Positions 9,133-16,829 of a stretch of DNA of 24,748 bases are shown in pieces. The notes under the pieces were generated by a model. It did not search any database, was not told where the DNA came from, and was given only the letters and a program-made list of their open reading frames with translations. The stretch is taken from NCBI GenBank assembly GCA_027002815.1, contig JALWZH010000031.1:1-24748 (forward strand). Reading direction: 5' to 3'. The DNA comes from Thermoproteales archaeon (lineage in GTDB: Archaea; Thermoproteota; Thermoprotei; Thermoproteales; Thermoproteaceae). The translations under genes and the position numbers were made by a program. How positions within the stretch are numbered: the stretch's first letter is position 1; each line of letters opens with the position of its first letter.

Positions 9133-9156
9133 AAATGGGCCACCCACCTTCCCCGC

Positions 9157-9489
9157 GTGTCCCTTGAACACGATCTTATAAACAGAATAAACAGGCTCGT
9201 GGAGCTTCTCGACAGGGCTCTGAACGCCAGGGACTATTATCCCCCAAAAATAACCAAGTACGAGTTGGCTAGGATTGTGTCTGCGAGGGCACTACAAATA
9301 GTGAGTGGGGCCCCTCCCCTAGTCGACGTCGAGTCGCTTCCAAACGCCGATCCCATAACTATAGCGCTGAAGGAAATAGAGGAGGGGAAACTCAGGATTT
9401 ATGTAGAGAGGGAGCTTCCCAATGGGCGCCTAGTGAGGAGGCCCCTTGACGAGCTCATAGAGATAAGCAAGGAGCTAGGCCTTCTTTAA
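9157..9489 (+). CDS. rpoK: DNA-directed RNA polymerase subunit K (Rpo6/Rpb6 homologue)
   Basis: Core motif [27 protein letters not shown] is the Rpb6/RpoK signature. I place the start at GTG 9157, about 26 nt downstream of ttttttaaat (9127-9136). The 156-aa track ORF would overlap the thermosome gene. Confidence 0.85.
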   Translation: MSLEHDLINRINRLVELLDRALNARDYYPPKITKYELARIVSARALQIVSGAPPLVDVESLPNADPITIALKEIEEGKLRIYVERELPNGRLVRRPLDELIEISKELGLL

Positions 9490-9801
9490 TACGAGCTTTT
9501 CCCCTCCCAACTCCATTTCCACGTAGTCTCCCACGTCGAGATCCCCGAAACTTTCCATTTCCTCGTCTGTGAGCCACAGGGTAACGCGGGGCACCGTGAT
9601 CCTGTTGGGGCCCGTGAACGGCATAGACCTCACTATTTGTGTGACTAGGGGCATTACCTCGCGTGCAATGCTGGCCACTTCCGGAGAGTCTGACATGATT
9701 ACGGGGCTAGGCACGTCCCTCTCCTCGACTATCTCGACCTTGATGTACCGGGTGCCCAGAGGGTCGTACACTATCTGTTTGCTGATGACTATCCCCCTCA
9801 T
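9475..9801 (-). CDS. Hypothetical protein (108 aa)
   Basis: Clean ORF with host-like codon usage. ATG 9801 lies about 27 nt downstream of minus-strand aaagatattt (9824-9833). The track start at 9825 is a TTG. I recognise no family. Confidence 0.55.
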   Translation of the reverse strand: MRGIVISKQIVYDPLGTRYIKVEIVEERDVPSPVIMSDSPEVASIAREVMPLVTQIVRSMPFTGPNRITVPRVTLWLTDEEMESFGDLDVGDYVEMELGGEKLVLKKA

Positions 9802-9983
9802 GACGTTTAGGTGCGAAGAGTACAAATATCTTTCTGAACCTGGACGTCACTTGCATGGTGTATAGTTTCTCCATTACGGTCAATTATAGTTTAATAATTA
9901 GGGTAATCCGAGAATTATGTATATGGAGTAATCCTAATATTACCCTTGTGTAATACTTAAAAAGGGCACAAGTATCGCACTGT

Positions 9984-10265
9984 ATGGCAGCGCAAGAAGC
10001 AACAATACTGGTCGGCAAGAAACCGACTACGAACTACATAATAGCAACGGTAATGCAGTTCAACCAGGGCAGCAAGAGGGTGATCCTGAAGGCAAGGGGG
10101 GCCGCAGTTGCCAGGGCTGTGACAACTGCGGTAATGGTCAGGGACAGGTTCCTGCCAGGCAAGGTGAACGTTAAGGAGGTGAGGCTGACCAGCGACAGGG
10201 TTACCGGCCAGGGAGGCAGGGACAGGTCTGTTGCAGCAATAGAAATAGTACTGGAATCGGCATAA
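9984..10265 (+). CDS. albA: Alba chromatin / DNA-RNA-binding protein
   Basis: 93 aa: ILVGKKPTTNYIIATVMQFNQGSKRVILKARGAAVARAVTTAVMVRDRFLPG...AIEIVLES, a full-length Alba pattern. TATA cttaaaaa at 9956-9963 lies about 25 nt upstream of the ATG. Confidence 0.92.
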   Translation: MAAQEATILVGKKPTTNYIIATVMQFNQGSKRVILKARGAAVARAVTTAVMVRDRFLPGKVNVKEVRLTSDRVTGQGGRDRSVAAIEIVLESA

Positions 10266-10275
10266 ACAACCCGGC

Positions 10276-10281
10276 TTTTTT
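10276..10281 (+). terminator. T6 tract after the alba stop codon
   Basis: cggcTTTTTTg lies 11 nt after the TAA at 10263-10265. It also lies about 25 nt upstream of ATG 10307. Confidence 0.4.
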
Positions 10282-10306
10282 GTAGATAGCCCCCAACGTT
10301 TTCCGC

Positions 10307-10588
10307 ATGAGCTCGATACAGGGGGGCTGCGAGCTCTCCTCGCACGAGTCCAAACACCTCCGGGAGTTCCTCAAGTGTGTGAAGGATACAATGATGGGCG
10401 TCCGTGTGGTGGAGATAGACAACGGCCAGAGATATGCGTACGGCCTGTACGTCGAGGGCGAGGCGGAACAGTTGGTGAGGCTCCTCTCCTCGCTCCCAGG
10501 TAGCGTGGTCAGGGAGATGTCTGGGGCTACATGGGTGATACTTAACGGCGGATCGGAAGTGGTCATCGTGAGGGGCGTTAGGGCGTAG
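10307..10588 (+). CDS. Small hypothetical protein immediately upstream of crenactin (arcadin-1 position in the Arcade cluster)
   Basis: 93-aa ORF, co-oriented with crenactin and ending 42 nt before its ATG. The assignment as arcadin-1 rests on position only. I cannot verify sequence similarity from memory. Confidence 0.5.
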   Translation: MSSIQGGCELSSHESKHLREFLKCVKDTMMGVRVVEIDNGQRYAYGLYVEGEAEQLVRLLSSLPGSVVREMSGATWVILNGGSEVVIVRGVRA

Positions 10589-11935
<1,347 letters not shown>

Positions 11936-11961
11936 ATATTAAACATGCAACACATATAGTT

Positions 11962-12573
11962 GTGGAATACATAAGGGCGTTGATCGCGAGGTCCCTGGAG
12001 GACAGATACGGGTACAGGTACCTGTCTCATGCCGGTAACCTCGTGGAGATGGTCGAGGGCATGAACAGCGTTGCGGTCTACATAGCGGTGGACGACATAT
12101 ATGGGGAAGCGGAGGTCAATAGGTACATGGCCGAGGCCTCGGCCCTAAGGGAAAGGTACAACAGGGTCATACTGGCGGTCCACGAATCAGCGTTGCCGTT
12201 TATAGACCCGTCCCTTCTGGAGCGGACGGGCCTCGGCCTCGTAGTGGTCGGGAACGGCAACGTGGAGCTCAAGTACCCCGGCAAGGCCTCGACGACGGCC
12301 AACGTGGCCGTACAAGCTCCGAACATCGAGGAGGTTGTGGAACGCAAGGTTCTGAGCGTACTTGAGAAGGAGAGGGCGAAGATTCTTGAGGAGGTCAAGC
12401 GCCTCGTCCCGGAGCTCGTCTCCGAGGTCTTAAGGGAGCGGTCTGTGGGGGCCTCGGAACAGCGGGAGGCCTCAAGCCCTGGCCAGGTCGAGGCTCTGGA
12501 GTCCGTCGAGGGGGTTCCCCAATTTATAAAGGAGAATCAATGGGTCAAGGTGTTGAGGAGTAGGAAGAGATGA
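11962..12573 (+). CDS. rkd-2: Arcadin-2-like protein (folded N-domain, helical segment, acidic/Ser linker, basic-hydrophobic C-terminal peptide)
   Basis: GTG 11962 lies about 24 nt downstream of taaatattaaac (11933-11944), which overlaps the crenactin stop codon. This gives 203 aa, the size I recall for P. calidifontis arcadin-2. The C-terminal GVPQFIKENQWVKVLRSRKR follows a flexible linker, matching the reported crenactin-binding C-terminal peptide arrangement. Confidence 0.6.
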   Translation: MEYIRALIARSLEDRYGYRYLSHAGNLVEMVEGMNSVAVYIAVDDIYGEAEVNRYMAEASALRERYNRVILAVHESALPFIDPSLLERTGLGLVVVGNGNVELKYPGKASTTANVAVQAPNIEEVVERKVLSVLEKERAKILEEVKRLVPELVSEVLRERSVGASEQREASSPGQVEALESVEGVPQFIKENQWVKVLRSRKR

Positions 12574-12716
12574 TGGATAAAATAATACTGGAGGAAATAA
12601 GGAGGGCCTTGGACGGAGAGGACGCGGAGCTGGCGGTGCGGCTTTATATGGCGTACAGGGAAAGGGGGAGGAAAGGCGTAATGGAAGTGGTGGAGGAGCT
12701 GTTGCGCGGTATATGA
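12570..12716 (+). CDS. 48-codon helical micro-ORF translationally coupled to both neighbours (possible arcadin-3 position)
   Basis: MMDKIILEEIRRALDGEDAELAVRLYMAYRERGRKGVMEVVEELLRGI*. Its ATG overlaps the upstream TGA (ATGA at 12570-12573). Its TGA overlaps the downstream ATG (ATGA at 12713-12716). It is below the ORF-track cut-off. Confidence 0.45.
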   Translation: MMDKIILEEIRRALDGEDAELAVRLYMAYRERGRKGVMEVVEELLRGI

Positions 12717-15169
12717 AGGCCAGGTGGACCATAAGGCGGGTGGCCATGGAGAACTTCAGGGCATATAAGGGCAGACATGAGCTTGAGTTTGGCCAGGGCA
12801 TGACGTTGTTGCATGGCCGCATAGGCGCGGGCAAGACGAGCATCTTCTACGCTATAGAATACGCGCTTTTCGGCTCCGTCATGGAGACCAAGGAGAGGGT
12901 TGCGCGGCTCACGGACCTAATATCAGAGGGGAGGGACTTCGCGTTGGTGGAGGTGGAACTGGCTAATGGGGACGGGTCCACGCTACTCATAAGGCGGGTG
13001 TTGAGGAGCAGCGGGGCCGAGAGGGTTGAGGGTGCCGTGGACGGGAGGATTATAAGGTCCGAAAGGGACCTTAAGGCCGCGGTCAAGGGGCTGCTCGGCA
13101 TCGACGACGACCTTTACGAGAGGGCAATATACGTGTCCCACCGCTCCCTCGAGGCGCTCCTCCACGGCCCACGGCAAAGGCGTACCCTTGCAATAGACAG
13201 GCTGTTCGGCGTTGACGCCGTTGAGGGCCTGCTCAGAAGCCTGCCCCTAGACTCGGTAACGGAGAGGTTGCAACGTGAAAGGGATAGGCTTGCAGCGATA
13301 GAGGCCCGCAAAGAGGTAATAGAACGGTATGGCGGCATAGATGGCATGAGGGGGCGCCTTGCCGAGATCGAGGGGGAGATGTCGCGTATACGCAGGTCGA
13401 TCGAGTCGCTTGAGGCTGAGAGGAGACGCCTGTTGGAGGAAAAGGCTAGGGCGATGTCCTCAATTAGGGCGGGCCCCGAAACATATGAAAAGTATGTCCG
13501 TGCAAGGATGGAGTACGACGAGCTCAGGGACAGGCTGGACAGGCTGGGGGGATACCCCGCGCCGACGTTGGAACACCTAACGCTGCGCCTGGACTCGCTC
13601 AGGGCCAGGGTCCTGGAGGTGGCTGAGGAGGTGAGGCTCTTCCTGGACGGCCAAATACTGGACGAGCTGCGGCTAGCACAGCCAGAGCACATGGAGAAGG
13701 CGCTTGACGCCATTTACAAGGCGGTGAGGGACATAAGGGACTCCGTCCTGCCGAGACTTGAGGCGCAGCTGGAGGACATTAGGGATAGGCGGGTGGGAAT
13801 GGCAGGAGAACTGGAGTCTCTCAGCAGGGAGGTGGCGGCACTGGAGAGTAAGGTTTCCTCCGTATCCCACATGTACGAGGCCTACAGGAGGATATTGGGC
13901 AAGTGGGGCGACGTGTCCAGGCTGAGGGACGCCGTGGAGAGGCTGTCCAGCGAGGTGGCGGAGTTGGAGTCCCGCACGCTCCTCTCGCGGTCCCTGTACG
14001 TCGTGGCAAGGCACCTCGTGGAGACGCATGGCGAGGCCTGCCCGATATGCGGCAACAGGATAGACCCCGAGTCTGTGAGGAGGCGCTTCGACGAGCTGGT
14101 GGAAACATACATGAGGCTGGACGACGAGTTGAGGTCCAGGAGGGCCATGCTTGAAGAGGCCAGGAGCGAGCTGGGCGAATTGGAGCGCGTCTTGCCTGCC
14201 GTCAACGAGTACCTAGGATACCGCGAGGTCCTGGAGGACAGGCTGAGGTCCCTAGCGGAGCTGAAGAAGAGGCTGACTACTGCGGAGAGGTCCGCTATGG
14301 AGTTGGAGCGTAAGATTAGGAGGGTAAGGACATTGGTGGAGGAGGTGGAAAGGGAGCTTGGGGGGCTCGAGGCCGCCTATGAGGCCTACAGGATCAGGCG
14401 GCGGATCTCTGAGCTGGAGGCGGAGTTGAGGGAACATGAGGAAAGGCTGGAAGGCATGGGCGCGTCGCCGGGCGCCCTGGCCAGGATAGAAGAGGACTTG
14501 TCCCGCATAGACGGCAAACTGGAGGCGCAGTACAACGCCCTCAAGGCCCTCATGGCCGAGAGGGAGGCCATAATGTCGGTGCTTGTGCATGTAGGCGACG
14601 AGGACCTTGGGACCATAGTGAATAGGGCCGCGCGCCTCGAGGCGCTGCACGCGGCGCTGTTGAGGATACAAGGGGCGCTCAAGACGGCGCAGAGCAATGC
14701 GAGGCGCAGGGTGGTGGACGTGTTAAGGGACCACGTGGACTCCATGTTCGCGCAGCTTTACCCCTACGGCGATCTGAGGGGCGCCTATCTGGAGGCCGAG
14801 CCCCGCGGCGACAAGGTGTACTACCAGCTGTACGCGTTCTCCAGCGGCGCCGCGCGCCTCCCCATATCCAAGTTAAGCGATGGCCAGAGGCTGACTCTGG
14901 CCCTAGCCCTCGTCCTGGCCATATACAAGTCGGCCGACCACAACGTGGCGTTCCTACTCATGGACGAGCCAATACTATACGTGGACGAAAAGGTTAGGCG
15001 CACCTTTGTCGATGTACTGCGGAGGCTGCTGGAGAGCGGCATAGTGGCGCAGGTTGTGCTGGCTACTCAGTCGCGCGAGCTGGCGGACCAAGCTGCCCGT
15101 TCGGCGCCCTCTAAGATCGTGCAGATAATACGCGAAGGCTTAGAACCGCCTAAGTTGGGTTATCCTTAA
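12713..15169 (+). CDS. rkd-4: Rad50/SMC-like coiled-coil ABC ATPase with central zinc hook (arcadin-4-like)
   Basis: 818 aa. Walker A GRIGAGKTS (12815-12841), about 500 aa of heptad-rich Glu/Arg/Leu coiled coil, CPICG hook at residues 443-447 (12 nt CPIC = 14039-14050), signature LSDGQR (14873-14890), and Walker B/D-loop FLLMDEPILYVD (from 14951). GGAGGAG lies 13-19 nt upstream of the ATG. Confidence 0.85.
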   Translation: MKARWTIRRVAMENFRAYKGRHELEFGQGMTLLHGRIGAGKTSIFYAIEYALFGSVMETKERVARLTDLISEGRDFALVEVELANGDGSTLLIRRVLRSSGAERVEGAVDGRIIRSERDLKAAVKGLLGIDDDLYERAIYVSHRSLEALLHGPRQRRTLAIDRLFGVDAVEGLLRSLPLDSVTERLQRERDRLAAIEARKEVIERYGGIDGMRGRLAEIEGEMSRIRRSIESLEAERRRLLEEKARAMSSIRAGPETYEKYVRARMEYDELRDRLDRLGGYPAPTLEHLTLRLDSLRARVLEVAEEVRLFLDGQILDELRLAQPEHMEKALDAIYKAVRDIRDSVLPRLEAQLEDIRDRRVGMAGELESLSREVAALESKVSSVSHMYEAYRRILGKWGDVSRLRDAVERLSSEVAELESRTLLSRSLYVVARHLVETHGEACPICGNRIDPESVRRRFDELVETYMRLDDELRSRRAMLEEARSELGELERVLPAVNEYLGYREVLEDRLRSLAELKKRLTTAERSAMELERKIRRVRTLVEEVERELGGLEAAYEAYRIRRRISELEAELREHEERLEGMGASPGALARIEEDLSRIDGKLEAQYNALKALMAEREAIMSVLVHVGDEDLGTIVNRAARLEALHAALLRIQGALKTAQSNARRRVVDVLRDHVDSMFAQLYPYGDLRGAYLEAEPRGDKVYYQLYAFSSGAARLPISKLSDGQRLTLALALVLAIYKSADHNVAFLLMDEPILYVDEKVRRTFVDVLRRLLESGIVAQVVLATQSRELADQAARSAPSKIVQIIREGLEPPKLGYP

Positions 15170-15195
15170 ATAATGCAATGACCATGTTCGGTGTA

Positions 15196-15867
15196 ATGGA
15201 ATGCAGCGTCTTCATGTCCCTTGAGTACCTGGAAATAGACATAGTCAGGTACAGTCCCTCGGGGGTACAACACAGGAACATAAGGGTTGGGGGGCCTGGT
15301 ATAGAGGTGGAGAACGACAGGGGGCAAGTCCTCCAGATACCCGTCACCTCTATGGAGGACCTCCTGGGCAGGTTCAAGGACCTAGTGGCGGAAGAGCTGT
15401 CGCCCTGTAGCAGGATAATCATGCATATAGAGGACGCCCAGAGGACCGTAAGCTCCGCCTCTGAGATCTTGAGGCTGGTGGACTACGCCTCCATAATGTC
15501 GGCGGTGTCGCACATGTCCAGGCCCACCAGGATAACCATAATAGGCTACAGGGGACGCAGGCCGCATGTTCCACTACCGCGGGGCCACATACTCATGCAT
15601 AGGGTCGGCATAAAGAGGAGGTATATAAGGGACTACGAGGTGGGGCGCAAGATCATAAGCAGGATAGGCGGGTCCGAACGCGTGGTGGTAATAGGCCTGA
15701 GGACCGTGGAGGATAGGTACAGGGTGTTCGTGGTGGCCCGCCACGGCAGGAGGAGGCTCACCATCAAGCTGAAGAGGCCTCTCAGGCTCGAGACCTTCTA
15801 CGCATTGGCGTCCAGCATAATTGCGCGCGTCGACGGGCTTAAGTGGTACGAGGTTGCAACCGCGTAG
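15196..15867 (+). CDS. Hypothetical Arg-rich basic protein directly downstream of the Rad50-like ATPase
   Basis: 223 aa from ATG 15196, about 26 nt downstream of ccttaaataatgc (15164-15176), which overlaps the upstream stop codon. The C-terminal half is very basic (RGRRPHVPLPRGH, GIKRRYIRDYEVGRK, ARHGRRRLTIKLKRPLR). I recognise no family. Confidence 0.6.
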   Translation: MECSVFMSLEYLEIDIVRYSPSGVQHRNIRVGGPGIEVENDRGQVLQIPVTSMEDLLGRFKDLVAEELSPCSRIIMHIEDAQRTVSSASEILRLVDYASIMSAVSHMSRPTRITIIGYRGRRPHVPLPRGHILMHRVGIKRRYIRDYEVGRKIISRIGGSERVVVIGLRTVEDRYRVFVVARHGRRRLTIKLKRPLRLETFYALASSIIARVDGLKWYEVATA

Positions 15868-16031
15868 CATGGGCCGGCCGGGACGTGCGCGCCCAGGGGT
15901 CACGCCTACGCATATTAACCGGGCCAGAAATCGACACACGGTGATGAGGGTCTGGAGTTGGCGCGCATTGCCGGAACAACCCGTCTGACGAGACTGACCG
16001 GGCTTTGTGGGCGCAGCTTTGGGCCGCGGCT

Positions 16032-16781
16032 TCACCCAGAAACGTCCGGGTGCCCCCAAAGATGGGCGTAATACGTCTTGGCTATGTCGACAAGATACCT
16101 GTCGTTGGTGTACACGCCCAGTAGATCCCCGGCATGCTTCACGACTAGCAGCACCACGTCGGTTATGAATCCGCCTCCGAACATCTCGTCGCGGACCCTC
16201 ACGCTTATCCTGGGGGGCACATCGCCGAGGGCCTCGCGCAGAGGCTCCGTGACCATCAGGTACACATCGGCCTGCCTGGACACGGCCAGGATCGTGTTCA
16301 CCAGCCTATAATCCAACAGTTCCATGTACGGCAGGGCGACGTACGCCTTCTCGGTAGCGCTTTCCAACACGCCTATCGCAAACGACGCTATCTGTTCCCT
16401 TCCCTTGATTATATTGAGGAACGTGCTCTCGGACCTCTGGTGCTGTTCCAGGTACCTAGACTCGTAAATCGTCTGTAGGCTGTCCATGATCCCCCTGAGC
16501 TCCCCAAGCACCTTTTCCACGCCATCTACCAGCTTGCCGTAGACCTGTATTGGGGGCATGGCGAAGAACTTTTCGGGCCTGCCCCCACCCCTACTAACAG
16601 CGCCAAAAGCCTCCAGCCTCTTGAGGACGCTGTATACCCGCGAGTAAGGTATGCCGGCCGCCTCGGCCGCCTCGCGCGCGGTCATGGGCCCCCTTTCCAC
16701 GAGCGCCAGGTACGCCCTCACCTCGTATGTGCCTAGGCCGAGCCTTCCAAGGGCGTCCCTCAACCTATTGATACCACTCAC
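16032..16781 (-). CDS. TrmB-family transcriptional regulator (N-terminal winged HTH plus C-terminal effector-type domain)
   Basis: 249 aa from GTG 16781. LGLGTYEVRAYLALVERGPMTAREAAEAAGIPYSRVYSVLKRLEAFGAV is a TrmB-type wHTH. The 411-aa track ORF extension runs antisense through the radical-SAM gene and is rejected. Confidence 0.85.
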   Translation of the reverse strand: MSGINRLRDALGRLGLGTYEVRAYLALVERGPMTAREAAEAAGIPYSRVYSVLKRLEAFGAVSRGGGRPEKFFAMPPIQVYGKLVDGVEKVLGELRGIMDSLQTIYESRYLEQHQRSESTFLNIIKGREQIASFAIGVLESATEKAYVALPYMELLDYRLVNTILAVSRQADVYLMVTEPLREALGDVPPRISVRVRDEMFGGGFITDVVLLVVKHAGDLLGVYTNDRYLVDIAKTYYAHLWGHPDVSG

Positions 16782-16800
16782 ATTATGAATTGTCGGAAAA

Positions 16801-16813
16801 GAATAAATAAAGC
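16801..16813. promoter_or_regulatory. Single A/T-rich TATA-like element shared by divergent leaderless genes (TrmB regulator and radical-SAM enzyme)
   Basis: gaataaataaagc is the only A/T-rich element in the 48-nt gap. Its centre lies about 25 nt from GTG 16781 (minus) and about 24 nt from ATG 16830 (plus). Confidence 0.5.
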
Positions 16814-16829
16814 ATACGCGGACCTCTCC

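Noticed and set aside
9865-9877. GTTTCTCCATTAC, whose reverse complement loosely resembles an archaeal origin-recognition-box core (..TGGAAAC), in an A/T-rich intergenic region.
   Set aside because: It is a single imperfect copy. There are no inverted ORB pairs around an unwinding element, and no orc1/cdc6 gene nearby.
15981-16047. Hammerhead-ribozyme-like core: CUGACGAG (matches CUGANGA) followed about 50 nt later by GAAAC.
   Set aside because: The sequences that would have to form stems II and III are not complementary. The downstream GAAA also lies inside the TrmB coding end. It is most likely a chance match of short motifs.
15574-16059. 161-aa minus-strand ORF covering the 15868-16031 intergenic region.
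   Set aside because: The product is Pro/Arg/Gly-rich and low-complexity. The ORF overlaps the ends of two well-supported genes, and no promoter-like box precedes it.
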